Made by a program: the position numbers and the translations under genes. This document shows, piece after piece, positions 1 to 13,500 of a stretch of DNA of 64,000 bases. Below the pieces are notes generated by a model. The model saw only the letters and a program-made list of their open reading frames with translations, did not search any database and was not told the DNA's origin. This stretch comes from Mustelus asterias (taxonomy: Eukaryota). Each line of letters opens with the position of its first letter. Within the stretch, counting starts at the first letter, position 1. Where the stretch lies: NCBI RefSeq assembly GCF_964213995.1, contig NC_135823.1, forward strand, positions 558,001 through 622,000, in the 5' to 3' direction.

Positions 1-1880
1 GGATCAAATATGAAGGTAGGCTAGCCAGTAACATTAGGAATGATAGTAAAAGTTTCTTTAAATACATTAAAAACAAACGGGAGGCAAAAGTAGACATTGG
101 GCCGCTCCAAAATGACGCTGGTAATCTAGTGATGGGAGACAAGGAAATAGCTGAGGAACTTAATAAGTACTTTGCGTCAGTCTTCACAGTAGAAGACATG
201 AGTAATATCCCAACAATTCAGGAAAGTCAGGGGGCAGAGTTGAATATGGTTGCCATCACAAAGGAGAAAGTGCTAGAGAAACTAAAAGGTCTGAAAATTG
301 ATAAATCTCCAGGCCGAGATGGGCTACATCCTAGAGTTCTAAAGGAGATAGCTGAAGAAATAGTGGAGGCGTTAGTTATGATCTTTCAAAAGTCACTGGA
401 GTCAGGGAAAGTCCCAGAGGATTGGAAAATCGCTGTTGTACCCCCACTGTTCAAGAAGGGAACAAGAAAAAAGATGGAAAATTATAGGCCAATTAGCCTA
501 ACCTCAGTTGTTGGCAAAATTCTAGAATCCACCGTTAAGGATGAGATTTCTAAATTCTTGGAAGTGCAGGGTCGGATTAGGACAAGTCAGTATGGATTCA
601 GTAAGGGGAGGTCGTGCCTGACAAACCTGTTAGAGTTCTTTGAAGAGATAACAAATAGGTTAGACCAAGGAGAGCCAATGGATGTTATCTATCTTGACTT
701 CCAAAAGGCCTTTGACAAGGTGCCTCACGGGAGACTGCTGAGTAAAATAAGGGCCCATGGTATTCGAGGCAAGGTCCTAACATGGATTGACGATTGGCTG
801 TCAGACAGAAGGCAGAGAGTTGGGATAAAAGGTTCTTTTTCAGAATGGCAACCGGTGACAAGTGGTGTCCCGCAGGGTTCAGTGTTGGGGCCACAGCTGT
901 TCTCTTTATATATTAACGATCTAGATGACGGGACTGGGGGCATTCTGGCCAAGTTTGCCGATGATACAAAGATAGGTGGAGGGGCAGGTAGTATTGAGGA
1001 GGTGGGGAGGCTGCAGAAAGATTTAGACAGTTGAGGAGAGTGGTCCAAGAAGTGGCTGATGAAATTCAACGTGGGCAAGTGCGAGGTCTTGCACTTTGGA
1101 AAAAAGAATAGAGGCATGGACTATTTTCTAAACGGTGACAATATTCATAATGCTAAAGTGCAAAGGGACTTGGGAGTCCTAGTCCAGGATTCTCTAAAGG
1201 TAAACTTGCAGGTTGAGTCCGTAATTAAGAAAGCAAATGTAATGTTGCCATTTATCTCAAGAGGCTTGGAATACAAAAGCAGGGATGTACTTCTGAGGCT
1301 TTATAGAGCACTGGTTAGGCCCCATTTGGAGTACTGTGAGCAATTTTGGGCCCCACACCTCAGGAAGGACATACTGGCACTGGAGCGGGTCCAGCGGAGA
1401 TTCACACGGATGATCCCAGGAATGGTAGGCCTGACATACGATGAACGTCTGAGGATCGTGGGATTATATTCATTGGAGTTTAGGAGGTTGAGGGGAGATC
1501 TAATAGAAACTTACAAGTTAATGAACGGCTTAGATAGGATGGACGTAGGGAAGTTGTTTCCATTAGCAGGGGAGACTAGGACGCGGGGGCACAGCCTTAG
1601 AATAAAAGGGAGTCACTTTAGAACAGAGATTAGGAGAAATTTCTTCAGCCAGAGAGTGGTAGGTCTGTGGAATTCATTGCCACAGAGGGCTGTGGAGGCC
1701 GAGTCGTTGAGCGTCTTCAAGACAGAAATTGATAAATTCTTGATTTCTCGAGGAATTAAGGGCTATGGGGAGAGAGCGGGTAAATGGAGTTGAAATCAAC
1801 CATGATTGAATGGTGGAGTGGACTCGATGGGCCGAATGGCCTTACTTCCGCTCCTATGTCTTATGGTCTTATGGTCTTAA
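1..1880 (+). mobile_element. CR1/HER1-type LINE, ORF2 reverse transcriptase and 3' tail (cut by window edge)
   Basis: [30 protein letters not shown]; one nonsense TGA at 1032-1034; (CTTATGGT)n tail. Confidence 0.95.
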
Positions 1881-2004
1881 ATGCAGGAGTAGGTCATTCA
1901 TCCCCTCAATCCTTCCCCATCAGCAAAAAAAAATCATGGCTGATCTGAACTTTCTTTTCGTGTCCGCCCGCCTGAATGCTTGACTCCTTTCACTGTCATT
2001 TTTT

Positions 2005-2310
2005 TATTCATTCGAGGGACATGGGCGTCGCTGGCTGGCCAGCGTTTATTGCCCATCCCCAGTTGCCCTTGGAATGCAGTTGAGAGTCAATCACCTTGCT
2101 GTGTTTCCAGTGTTACATGTAGGCCAGATCAGGTAAGGACGGCTGATAGGATATTAGTGAAAGAGATGGGTTTTTCTGTCGATTCTTAATTCCCACTATA
2201 TTACGTTGCTTTCATTTGCCGTGGCGGGATTCGAACCCCGGTCCCCAGACCATTAACTGAGTTTGTAGATTAATACTCTAGCGATAATATCACTAGGCCA
2301 TCGCCTCCCC
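2005..2310 (-). mobile_element. Second tRNA-like SINE family (head GGGGAGGCGATGGCCTAGTG, tail ...GAATGAATAA). Other copies at about 8363-8694(-), 25465-25585(+), 28870-29140(+), 46540-46875(+), 51990-52131(-)
   Basis: Dispersed ~300-bp homologous copies with A-box and B-box-like motifs (GGTTCGAATCCC). Confidence 0.75.
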
Positions 2311-2704
2311 TGTACAATTAGCCTTGAACATTATCAATCATCAAGTCTCCACTGCTCTCTGGGTAGATAATTCCAAACACTAATATTCATTGGACAGAAG
2401 TCATCCTTCCTCATTTAGATATGGGAGGCACCTTATTTCCTCTCCACCTACCCCCCCCCCCCGCCCCCACCTCCCCCCCCCCCCCGCAAAAAAAAACAAA
2501 GATAGAATCTGATTATATATTTACAACTAAACGATGCAAACCTGACGCTTACGTTTGAGTTTGGGAATACTCAACTTTGGGTGAGGAAATGTCCAATAAT
2601 ATGATTATTATCTGGTTCTATCAGCGTCACCCTGTGAAGGTGAAGATTGCATTAAATCATGATGCAGTAAAGTCCGCATGATTTACAGGTTATCTCGCTC
2701 ATCC

Positions 2705-3540
2705 TCACCCAATCTCAAACAATGACGAGACTGAGTACATGAATGAGATGGAGAATTTGGTGAACTTGTGTGACAACAATAATTTCTCCCTCAACGTCAA
2801 GAAAACGAAGGCGATTGTCATCGACTTCAGGAAGCATAGTGGAGGACTTGCTCCTGTCCACATCAACGGGGACGAAGTAGATATGTTCGAGAGTTTCAGA
2901 TTTTTAGGTGTCCAGATCACCAACAACCTGTCCAGATCCCCACATGCCAACACTATACTTAAGAAAGCCACCAACGCCTCTACTTTCTCAGAAGACTCAG
3001 GGAATTTGGCATGTCCACTGCGACTCTCACCAACTTTTACAGATTCAGCATGGGAAGCATTCTTTGTGGTTGTATCACAGCTTGGTATGTCACCTGCTCT
3101 GCCGAAGACCGCAACAAAACACAAGGCGTTGTGTATGAAGCCCAGTCCATCACGCATCCCAGCCTCCCATCCATTGACACTGTCTACACTTTCCGCTGCC
3201 TCAAGCAAAGCATCCAGCAAAATCAACGACCCCACGCATTCCGGGCATACTTTCTTCCACCTAATTCCATCGGTATAAAGATACAAATGTCTGAGATCAC
3301 GTACCAATCGACTCAAGAACAGCTTTTTCCCTCCTGCCATCAAACTTTTGAATGGGTGTACCTCGCACTAAGTCGATCTTTCTCGACAACAGAGCTTTGA
3401 CTGTAACAGTACATTCTGCCCCCTCTCCTTTACTTCCCTATTATGGTATGATGTATCTGCATAGCGTGCAAGAAACAATACTTTTCACTGTTTCCCAATA
3501 TATGTGCCGATAATGAATCAGATCAAATCGAATCAAATCC
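2705..3540 (+). mobile_element. Rex1/Babar-type LINE 3' fragment
   Basis: NNDETEY..NNFSLNVKKTKAIVIDFRK..FRFLGVQIT, HPGH..F.L.PSG-type C-terminus, (AATCA)n tail. Confidence 0.85.
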
Positions 3541-3784
3541 AGCAAAACTATCAACCTCAGTGTGCCATTTTCAATTTGCCAGCAACGCACCAGCACACCT
3601 CCCTCCCCAACACAGAACAACAACCACACTCTACACCATTTTCTTTTTAGAGGGTGTGTGCTCAAAATTTCCACTCCACTTGTGGGAGAAAATGGTTACT
3701 GGCATCACCCTGGACGGCCGATTTCCCATTTTAACTTTCTCTTCACTTGTTCTGGACTCTACCCCTGCAGAGGAAGTTAACAAA

Positions 3785-5870
3785 GAGCAAAGAGAACAGA
3801 GAACAGTACAGCACAGGAACAGGCCCTTCGGCCCGTTAAGCCAGCGCCGATCATGTTTACTTATCGAGACCAACCGCTTATATTCCTCTATTCCCCGTTT
3901 GTTCATATTCCTATCAAGATAAGTCTTAAATGTCGCTAACGTGTCTATCTTAACTACCTCGTTTGGCAGTGCATTCCAGCCCTGCATCACCCTCTGTGTA
4001 AAAAACTTCCGTTCCAATTAATCTTTCCCCTCTTCTCTTGAAATTGTGCCCCCTTGTAATTGTCATTGCTGCCTTGGGAAAAAGCTTCAAACTCTTCACC
4101 TTAGCCTATGTCCCTCAAAATGTTATAAACCTGAGAACCCGGAGAAAACCCACGCAGACAACGGGGGAAACATGCAAACTTCACACAGGCAGTCACCCAA
4201 GCTGGGAATAGAGCACTTGTCCCTGGTGCTGTGATGCAACAGTGCTAACCGCTGTGCCACTGTGCCGTGGATCTCAATCAAATCTCCCCTCCGCCTCTTC
4301 TGTTCCAAGGAGGATGACCTCAACCAATCGAATGTTGTCCGGTAGATGTAATCTTCCAGCCCTCCCAGGATCTCTGTAAATCTCGCCTATATCCTTTTCA
4401 ACAAAGTTATATCCTTTCAGTAATGAGATGACCTCAACTCCACACAGTATTCAAGTTGTGGACACCTAAGTGCACCTCATTCAGCTCCACCCTCAGAACA
4501 CCCACTCAGGCCCCTTTTCCCCTCAAACCACGCACTCAGGTCCCCTTCTCCCTCAGACCCCCGACCCCGTTCCCTTTTCCTTCACACCCTCCAGTTCATC
4601 CCCTTCCCGGTTCAGACCTGCTACTCAGCCCTCTTCTGGCTATGCGTCTTGGCAATGCTGCTCCAGGAAGGACACTGCATTCTTGGCAGGGCTGTCACCT
4701 GCACCATGCATCAGCACTGATACAATCACCTGAGTAGGAAATGTTACCAATTAGGAGTCTGGGACACTTCCTGCATATCGGGTGGAGAACAAAAAAGAAA
4801 AAAGAACAGTTAAGCGCAAGATCAGGCCCTTCGGTCCACCAAGCCTGCGTGGATCACGTTCTCCAATCTAGACCAGCGGCCTCTATCCCTCGATTCCCCG
4901 AGGTGTCTGTCCAGATAAATCTTAAATGTCGTGAATGTGTCTGCCTCAACCAGATCACTTGGTAGTTCATTCGAGGCCTCCACAACGTGTAAAATGACTT
5001 CCCCCGCACATTACTACTGAACCTTTCCCCCTGACGTTGAACCTGTGTTCCCTTGTAATTGTCATTTCTGTCCTGGGAAAAAACTTGCAACTTTTCACCT
5101 TTTCTGAACTCTATCAGGTCGCTCCTCAGCCTCCATCTATCCAGGGAGAACAATCCCAGTTTATTCAATCTATCTTCATAGCTAATGCCCTCCATGCCAG
5201 GCAACATCCTGCTAAATCTTTTCTATACTCCCTCCAAAGCCTCCATGTCCTTCTGTTAGTGTGGCGACCAGAATTGGACATAATATTCCAAATGTGGCCT
5301 AACCAGCGGTATATATAACAAATATAATTGCCAACATGTATACTCGTATATACTGCTTTCTTCACCACCTTTTCCAACTGGCTGCAACTTTTAAGAATCT
5401 GTGGACCTGCGCGCCCCGATCTCTCTGTGTGTCTTTGCTCCTGATGGTTCTGCCATTTATTTTATATCTCCCTCCAGAATTGATTCTACCAAAATGCATC
5501 ACTTCGCATTTGTCCAGATTAAATTCCATCTGCCATTTCTCCGCCCAATGTTCCAGCCTATCTATATCCTGCTGTATTCGCTGACAATCTTCATCACTAT
5601 CCACAACCCCAGTAATCTTAGTATCATCGGTAAACTTACTAATCTGACCAGCTACGTTTTCTTCCAAGTCATTCAGAAATATTACAAAAAGCTGAGGTCC
5701 CAGCACCGATCCCTGCGGAACACCACTAGTTACAGACCTCCATTCAGAAACACACCCTTCCTCTGCTATCCTCTGTTTTCTATGGCAAACCAGTTCTGAA
5801 ACCATTTGCTAGTTCGCCCCTGATCCCATGCGATTTAACCTTTTGCACTTGCCTGCCATGACTGACCTGG
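3785..5870 (-). mobile_element. Cluster of CR1 3' fragments (about 3785-4130 and 4800-5870) plus an HE1 SINE fragment (about 4130-4268)
   Basis: RT motifs [21 protein letters not shown]; FFTQRV C-terminus; SINE head. Confidence 0.85.
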
Positions 5871-5874
5871 TCAA

Positions 5875-6500
5875 ATGTCAGAACATCCAGGTGAACTAAC
5901 AGCCGGTGCCCTCTTGCCTCTCAAGAAGCAGCTGCCCGATGGGACATGTCGATCATTTGGGAACGCTCATCTCAGCACTGCTACAGATCCAGAACCAAAG
6001 CCATGCTTACCTGGAGTGGGGGGAGGGAGGGGGGAGGGGGTGGCGATGTCTGGAACATTCCTGCAACTGAAAGGCCATCTGAGGGAGTCCACCAGGCTCC
6101 CGGCAATGTATGCAACTCAGGCTGACACTGCAAGGGTAGTGGCCGGAGTGGAGAGCCTGGGGCATGATGTCCGAGCAATGACAGATGATGTCCAAGGACT
6201 GGCTCACTCAGTACTGTCCATTGCTGAGGGCGAAACTGCATTTACAGCATTCTAACCGGCGTGTCGAAGGTCCAGGCCACATTGCGGAATTGTTCAAGAT
6301 CTTGGCCCCCTCCTTGGCCTGAAGGGCTGTCGGCATCTGCGCCTGCGCATCAGCCCCCTGGACATCCACTTCCAGCTCCTTCCTGCAAAGTAATGCCCAG
6401 CTTGGCCCTGGCGCTCTCGGAACCTCCTGCTTCCCTCGGCACCAGCGACCAGAACTATTAATATCCGGAATGGCTTCAGTCCAAAATCCATCCTCAGTCT
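5875..6500 (+). mobile_element. Possible decayed DNA-transposon (Harbinger-like) accessory-gene remnant
   Basis: GC-rich, heptad-like peptide ATQADTARVVAGVESLGHDVRAM, no clear splice structure. The family assignment is recalled resemblance only. Confidence 0.25.
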
Positions 6501-6514
6501 TTGAGGAGATTCAA

Positions 6515-6521
6515 GGGAGAG

Positions 6522-6552
<31 letters not shown>

Positions 6553-6950
6553 CAGAGAGGGACTGAGAAAGACAGGGAGAGACAGAGACACAGAGAGGGA
6601 CAAGAAAACAGAGAGAGACAAAGAGCGAGACAGAGAGAGAGAGAGAGATAGGGAGTCAGAGAGAGAGGGGGATACAGAGAGACAGAGAGAGAGACGGNNN
6701 NNNNNNNNNNNNNNNNNNNNNNNNNNNNNNNNNNNNNNNNNNNNNNNNNNNNNNNNNNNNNNNNNNNNNNNNNNNNNNNNNNNNNNNNNNNNNNNNNNNN
6801 NNNNNNNNNNNNNNNNNNNNNNNNNNNNNNNNGAGGGACAGAGACAGTGAGAGAGAGAGAGACAGACAGAGAAAGAGAGATAGAGAGAAAGATAAAGAAT
6901 GTGAGAGAGAGACAGACAGTGAGAGAGAGAGACATGGGGGAGAGAGAGAG
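6515..6950. repeat. GA-rich simple repeat containing N gap 6698-6832
   Basis: (GA/GACA)n. Confidence 0.95.
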
Positions 6951-7613
6951 AGTTTTCAATCCTACCAATCATTGGACTCTAACGTCTTCCCTCATTCCAA
7001 TGTGATTCAATGGTTGGAGGGAGGCCAATCTTCAGCATTCCCTCACTGCAATCATGCATTACAGCAGCTGCTGTCCACACCATCCAGCTTTTACGGTGAG
7101 GACTTTGTCCCGTGTCCCCTCTACTTGCACCATGCCCTCCTGTCCCTATCATCCCTGACTTCACAGCACCTATAGAATTCTTCTGGATTTGCGGAAAGTG
7201 GAGAAGGCCAAAGGTTTCCTTCAGTCGGAGACGTGAACCTCCGGGGAAGTTGTGCTGCACTGAGTGACACTGGCACTGTTTAGAATCTGAACTTCCATCA
7301 CTCTCTTTCGTAAGTTCGAACAAATTTCCAGGGGCGTTAATGTCATCCAGTGAGATCTGGATAAGAAAGGAAGGAACAGCTGGCATGACTGGGTCGCGAG
7401 CATCGTTCTTTTTGCGGCTTCCCCTCTGTGTCTCAGGGCAGCGGCTGGTTCTGATATGGTTTACCTGGCTGCATTTCTTCCAGCTGCTGCTTGGGAGCCT
7501 GACCCTTGCGTGAACTCACCCTGCCCATTCCTCTCCCTGATCTGGCATGAGACTGTGAATGAAGGGAGTTCCAGGAGCTGTTCCAACATCCAACGCTGAG
7601 TTAGTTTGACGGG

Positions 7614-8331
7614 TGTGACGTCAGTGTCCCTTCAAGATCCTTTTTTTTATTTAAATCATGATCTCTGCAGCCCTCGCAGTCAGTGGTTTTCAGCTCACAG
7701 GTGATGTCATTGGTGAGAGGAGAAAAAAGAAAGTGTGCCAGTGAGGTGACAAGGTTTGGTTTTAAATTCGTTTTGGCTGCCGTGTTAGAAGCATAGCTAA
7801 ACGAGGTCTCTCTGTCTTCTGTTTTATTTTGCAAGTTTTTCCAGTTAGCTGGAGGCACATCTTGTTTGCCATCCTGCAGTAAAGAATCTGTGTTTTGGTT
7901 TTGGGTAGCTGATGACGACAAGCTGCTCTGAGTTTTCAAGATCATTTTAAATCAGCATTCAACGCAGGGAACTGGATTCCAGTATCAAGTGAGCTTTATC
8001 CTGTGCAGTCATACATCTGTTTAGAGGTTTATGCTTATTGGATATTACTTTTGATTGGAACATCTGATACATATTGGTTAAGGGTTATTCATTATTGTAG
8101 TTGTTTTGTTTTTGTTTGTGATTGTTAAAGGTTCGTGCTAATTTTCTTCACATACATGTTAACATTTTTCTTAAATAAACTTTGTTTGATAAAAGCTCCC
8201 TAGTGGATCACTTGAATTATACCTGAAGTGAAACATCGCTCATATTTATCCCAGCCAAATTCAAGATGCAAAACTAGTGGTTCCGAAAGGCTTCATGAAA
8301 CACTTTGGAGTTTCTGACCTGAACCATAACG
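7614..8331 (+). mobile_element. Solo LTR (Gypsy-like), same family as 55507-56223
   Basis: TGTGACG...CCATAACG termini, 718 bp, internal AATAAA, imperfect 4-bp TSD cggg/aggg. Confidence 0.7.
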
Positions 8332-9967
8332 AGGGAGAGGGGTCCTGGGTCTGTTACAGTTTTTTATTCATTGGTGGGACATGAGCATCACTGGCTGAGC
8401 CAGCATTTATTGCGCATCCCTAGCAACTGAGGGTAGTTGAGATTCTAGTACATTATTTTGCTCTGGAGCCACATGTGGGCGAGACCAGGTAAGGTCGGCA
8501 GATTTCCCAGTGAACCAGATGGGCTCTTCTGACAATGGTTTCATGGTCATCAGCAGATTCGTAATTCCCAATACTTTGTATTGAATTCAAATTCCACATT
8601 TGCCATGGCTGCATTCGAACCTGAGTCCCCAGAACATTAGCTGAGTTTGAGGATTAATATTCTAGTGATAATACCACGAGGCCATCACCTCCCCAGAAGC
8701 AATTGGATATGCTGAAAGTGATGAAGAATGAAGGTGCCCTTCAGTAGGAGATGTGAACGCTTGGGGGAAGTTGTGATGTACTGGTTGCTTTGAGATGTGC
8801 CAACTTCCAACACTGACCAAGGGTTTGTAGGGAGAGGGGTCCGAGGTCAGGGACAGTTGCTGTGTGTGAGGAGAGCTGAGGCAGGGCTGGCCTGTGTTGT
8901 GGGTGTTGGCATGAGGACGGGACTATGCCAGACTGTGAGAGGTTAACAGGTCCAGGTATGCAGTAGTCCAGATGTCCTTGGCGCGTGGTTTTCATGGAGC
9001 CAGAGTGTCAGAGTTCAGTTCGAACACAGAGGAGAACCAACACTTTTGACATTCCGCTAATGATATGGATCGGGTTCGCTGCAATACTTCAAAGAAGCAA
9101 TGGAAGCGGAAAAGGAAGGCTTCTGAAACACGGCGAAACTCCCGAAGTCACCCCCTACGCTCCAATTCCAGCCACAGTTGGCCTCATTGAGTCAGACACG
9201 TCCCCCAAGCAAGCCACAGGCGCTTGAAAATAAAGACCTATCTCCGATGCCTCGCCGCCAGTTCCTCGCTTGTCAAGACTTACACCAAACCCCGGTGATA
9301 TATGGGGGCGATGTGACTGGATATCACTTGGCGGCTGGATCTGGGGTCGTGTTTGGTTCCTGCTTTGCGTCACTGTCTGTGCAGAGTTTGCACCTTCTTA
9401 CCCTGTTTGTGTGGGTTTCCTCTGGAAGCTCCGGTTTCCTCCCACAGTCCGAAGGATGTGTTTTTTAGTTGGATTGGCCATGCCAAATTCTCCCTCAGTG
9501 TACCCGAACTGGCGTTGGAGTGTGGCAACTCAGGGATTTTCACTATAACTACATTGCAGTGTTAATGTAAGCCTACTTGTGACTAATAAATAAACTTAAA
9601 CTAATAAACTTATAACCTTCCAGTTAACGTATTTGCATCATTATTGTGTTGCCGCCTGCTTTGGGTCAGAATCCAATAGGGGCGGGGAAGGCAGTTCTGG
9701 TGAATCCCGAGAACCCTCACGCCCATCGGGAACCCCGACTATCCGCCGACGCCCCATTCACCGGGGCAGCGGGATTCCCGCCGGTCGTTTGAAGATGTGA
9801 GAGAGTCGCCCCCTACTGCTCAGGCAGCGAAACGCACCAGTCACAGAATCTCACAGGATTCATATTGATAATTAAATCAGATTTCAGTTCCACTCAGATT
9901 ATGTTTAATTATAACATAATTATTGGTCAATAGAAACATTTGGTGCAGCGTTATAATCGAAGAATGA

Positions 9968-9978
9968 TTTATTTTATT
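9968..9978 (-). promoter_or_regulatory. Candidate polyadenylation signal(s) of gene A
   Basis: Overlapping AATAAA hexamers on the minus strand about 340 nt after the stop codon. Confidence 0.45.
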
Positions 9979-10312
9979 TACGTAAAGAAATTTTCAAAAA
10001 AAGTTACAATCCCGTCAGTAACTGGAGTTAATATAATCCGTCATTGAAGGTTGAGAAATAAACAAAGAAGTCCCTAGTGTGTCGTTTCACACTTCAATGA
10101 CCTTAATATAGTAGAATATCTTTCACAATGCTGAAGAAAACTCGTTAGACATTTGACAAAATGACCAGTCTTTCTAATCTGCGGCCAGTATGCGAGGCAA
10201 GTTTAGCTGTTTGAGGGGAATGTACTTGCTCCCATGTTGATTTCTACAGGGCAGAGGTAATTGGTAATTCCACTCTCCTGCGCCATACATCACAGACAAA
10301 ACACCCCGATTT

Positions 10313-10545
10313 TCATTTCCGGTTCTTCTTTTTTGACTTTTTTTCCAATGCGAACAAATCCAGGGAGGCATAGAGAGGTCCACCCTGAGACTGGGAAATA
10401 TATTCAACATTAATGATCGAAATGGTTAAAATAATGATTTTTTCCCCCAAAGTTAACTCCAATGCATTTTGTCACAAAGGGTTCAATGCACTCACCTGAA
10501 TTCCCCGCTGCGCTTTTACGTTTACCTCTGTTTGACGATCATTCC
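10313..10545 (-). CDS. Gene A last two cytoplasmic exons (10545-10496, 10390-10313) with YASL motif
   Basis: cacag|GNDRQTEVNVKAQRGIQ|gtgagt, then ttcccag|SQGGPLYASLDLFALEKKSKKKNRK TGA. Confidence 0.8.
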
Positions 10546-13500
10546 CTGTGTGTTAATTTCACAATTATGAATTGAAATATCACCCAATCTATATAATCGA
10601 TAATTACATAAAGACATCGTGCGCCAATGGCCACCGATATTTCAGCAGTTTTAATTGGATTTAATAGTGTCACATGTGGGCTTACATTAACACTGCAATG
10701 AAGTTACCGTGAAAATCCCCCACTCTCCGGCGCCTGTTCAGCTGCAATGAGGGAGAATGTAACATCACCAACGCACTGAACTAGCAAATATTTCGGACTG
10801 TGGGAGAAAACAAGAGCATCCGGAGGAAACCCACGCAGACACGGGGAGAACGTGCAGACAGACTCTGCACAGATAGTGACCCAAACCGGGAATTGAACAC
10901 GGATCCTTAACGCTGTGAGGCAGCGGTGCTATCCTCTGTGCCAACGTGCCACCCCAATGTACTGATAGGCCACAATCGTTAACACACAGCCACTTAAATT
11001 TCGCCAAGGCGACAGATCTTCCACTACACTTCAGAGGCAGTGAGATATAGCACTGGAGGCGAAGGGGATCAAAGGATCTGGGTGGAAGCCGTGGTCAGGC
11101 TATTCAGTTTGGTGATCAGCCCGACCATCGTGAATGGCAGAGCAGAATCAAAGGAAGGATGGCCTCCTCCTGCTCCTATTTTGTATGTGTCTATGTTATG
11201 TGGCAAATGCTTGGATGAGGAAAATCTCACAACAGTACTTGTCACTTATTGCCCACCTGGCATACCACTACCTGTATTAATATCAGCAATTTTCCCTTTA
11301 CTGTAACCTTAAGAGTGATTGTTGAACTTGCTGAAGGACAGTGACACCCTGTGGACAGAAATAGTAAGCACACACATTGTGGCGTATTCAATGAAACAAA
11401 GTAGGGGACAGCCATTCCCCGGCTCATTGTTCGGGCCAATGCCTTGACCAATCAGTCAAACGACCTATTTTTAATTTTTCAGCAGGCAGTAAATAAGACA
11501 AGTGATTTGTTGGTCTTCATAGCGACAGGATTGCATAATAGGAATGGGATATTTTACTGGAATTGTATAGGGCGTTCGTGAGAAGTACTGTGTGCAGTTT
11601 TGGTATCCTTATCTGAGGAACGATGTTCCTGCTATAGAGGAAGAACAGCGAAGGTTTACCAGCTAATTCCTGGGATGGCACGTCTGTTATATGAGGAGAG
11701 ACTAAGTCGGTTAATTTTATATTCACTGGAGTTTAGAAGAGTGAGAAGGGATCTCATAAACCTTCGAAAGTTCTGACAGGATTCGATAGGGTAGACTGAG
11801 AAAGAATATTTCCGATGGTGAAGGAGTCCAAAGGAAGGGGTCATAGATTGAGGACACGGGGTAAACGTTTTGTAAATGAGGTGAGGTGAATATTTGGAAT
11901 TCACTGCCACAGAAATGAGTTGAGGACTTAACGTTATGCAATCTCAAGAAGAAATTAGATCGAGCTCCTGGAGCGAAAGGGATCAGAAGATATGGGGGCA
12001 AGACAGAATCAGGATATTGAATTTGATGATTAGCCAGAGCAGGTTCGAAGTGCCGAATGGCGTACTCCTCCTTCTAGTTTCTATGTTAACAAATGTAGGC
12101 AGGTAACTGGCAATCATCAATTAACTGCAGCATTCTCCATAAAACGACTGCAACCAGTCAGAGTCCTTTGGCTCACAGAGTAATATTCTTCTCAGGAAGA
12201 ATGCACAATTGCTCCCTTTATATATGTTATTCTTGTGGGGTTTTTTTTGCTGATGGATACAAGGCCAAAAGCCTCGATGATATGTTTTTTTGCCGGCAAA
12301 ACTCAAGTAGTTCAGTTCTTCAAATTTTCTTTCAAACATGTCTTAGAAGTTAACCGTCAGTACCAATCAACTGGTGCATTCTCCATAGGAACGCCTATAT
12401 CAAATCAACTTCCACTTCAATTCTTTCATTCTGACACTTCATCTCTACCAACAAATCAAAGAAACTTACCCATTGGTCGCCCCTTACGGCCCTCTCCTTG
12501 CCTTCTCTCGCTGAAGCTAAAATTGGATGTGGAAAAAGAACACCAAATAAATGTTAGATCTTGGATATTCTATCTCAGGTGGTGCACAGTGTTGAAAGTA
12601 GTATTGTCCAGTAATCTTATATAAATCATAGAAAATAGAGACTCACACCGCTGGAATCAGGTTGCGAATTGAAACAGGTCTGACAAAACGTAAAACAGAG
12701 AAAGATGGACGATGATGAAATTTGCACATGGTTCTACTCACGTTTCATTGTGGGATCCAATGTCTCTGTCCCCTAAAATAGAAGAACATATGATTAGCTA
12801 ATTAAAATCTCCAAGGAGGAAGTCGTAATGGAGAAACAGGAATTAAAGTGTCCCAGATAATCATGAATCCTCACCTGAACTTCCGTTTTTACAACTCCAA
12901 ATGGAAATAAGGACCAACAGTAGAATCAGTATGACCAGGACAGTAATTCCAACAGAAATCGTCTGTCTGCACCATTCTATAGAGATAAAACACTTAGAAA
13001 TTGCCATCGGTCAAATCATTCCTTCCCGGGGTTCTCTGAAGGGAAACGTGACCCAGTTAAAAAGGTGGAGTGACCAAAGCGGGGAGTGAATGCAGAAAAT
13101 AAAACACAGTTCGTGGGATGGATAGTGGAGAATGAACACACAGAATGGAATTGATGACACAATATTTGCGGAGATGGAGATGAACTAATTAACAACGCTA
13201 TCAGAGTTGTCCAATATTCACAGTGTATCAGTATGTATAATGCCATAAGACCATAAGATATAGGAGCCGAATTAGGACACTTGGCTAATCGAGTCTGCTC
13301 CGCCATTCAATCATGGCTGGTATTTTTCTCAACTACATTCTCCTGCCTTTTCCCATAACCTAGATCCCCTTATTAATCAATAAACGATCGATCGATATCT
13401 TAAAGACACTCAATGACCTGCCCTCCACAGCCTTCTGCGGCAAAGAGTTCCAGAGCTTCACCATTCTCTGGCTGAAGAAATTCAACCTCATCTCTGTTTT

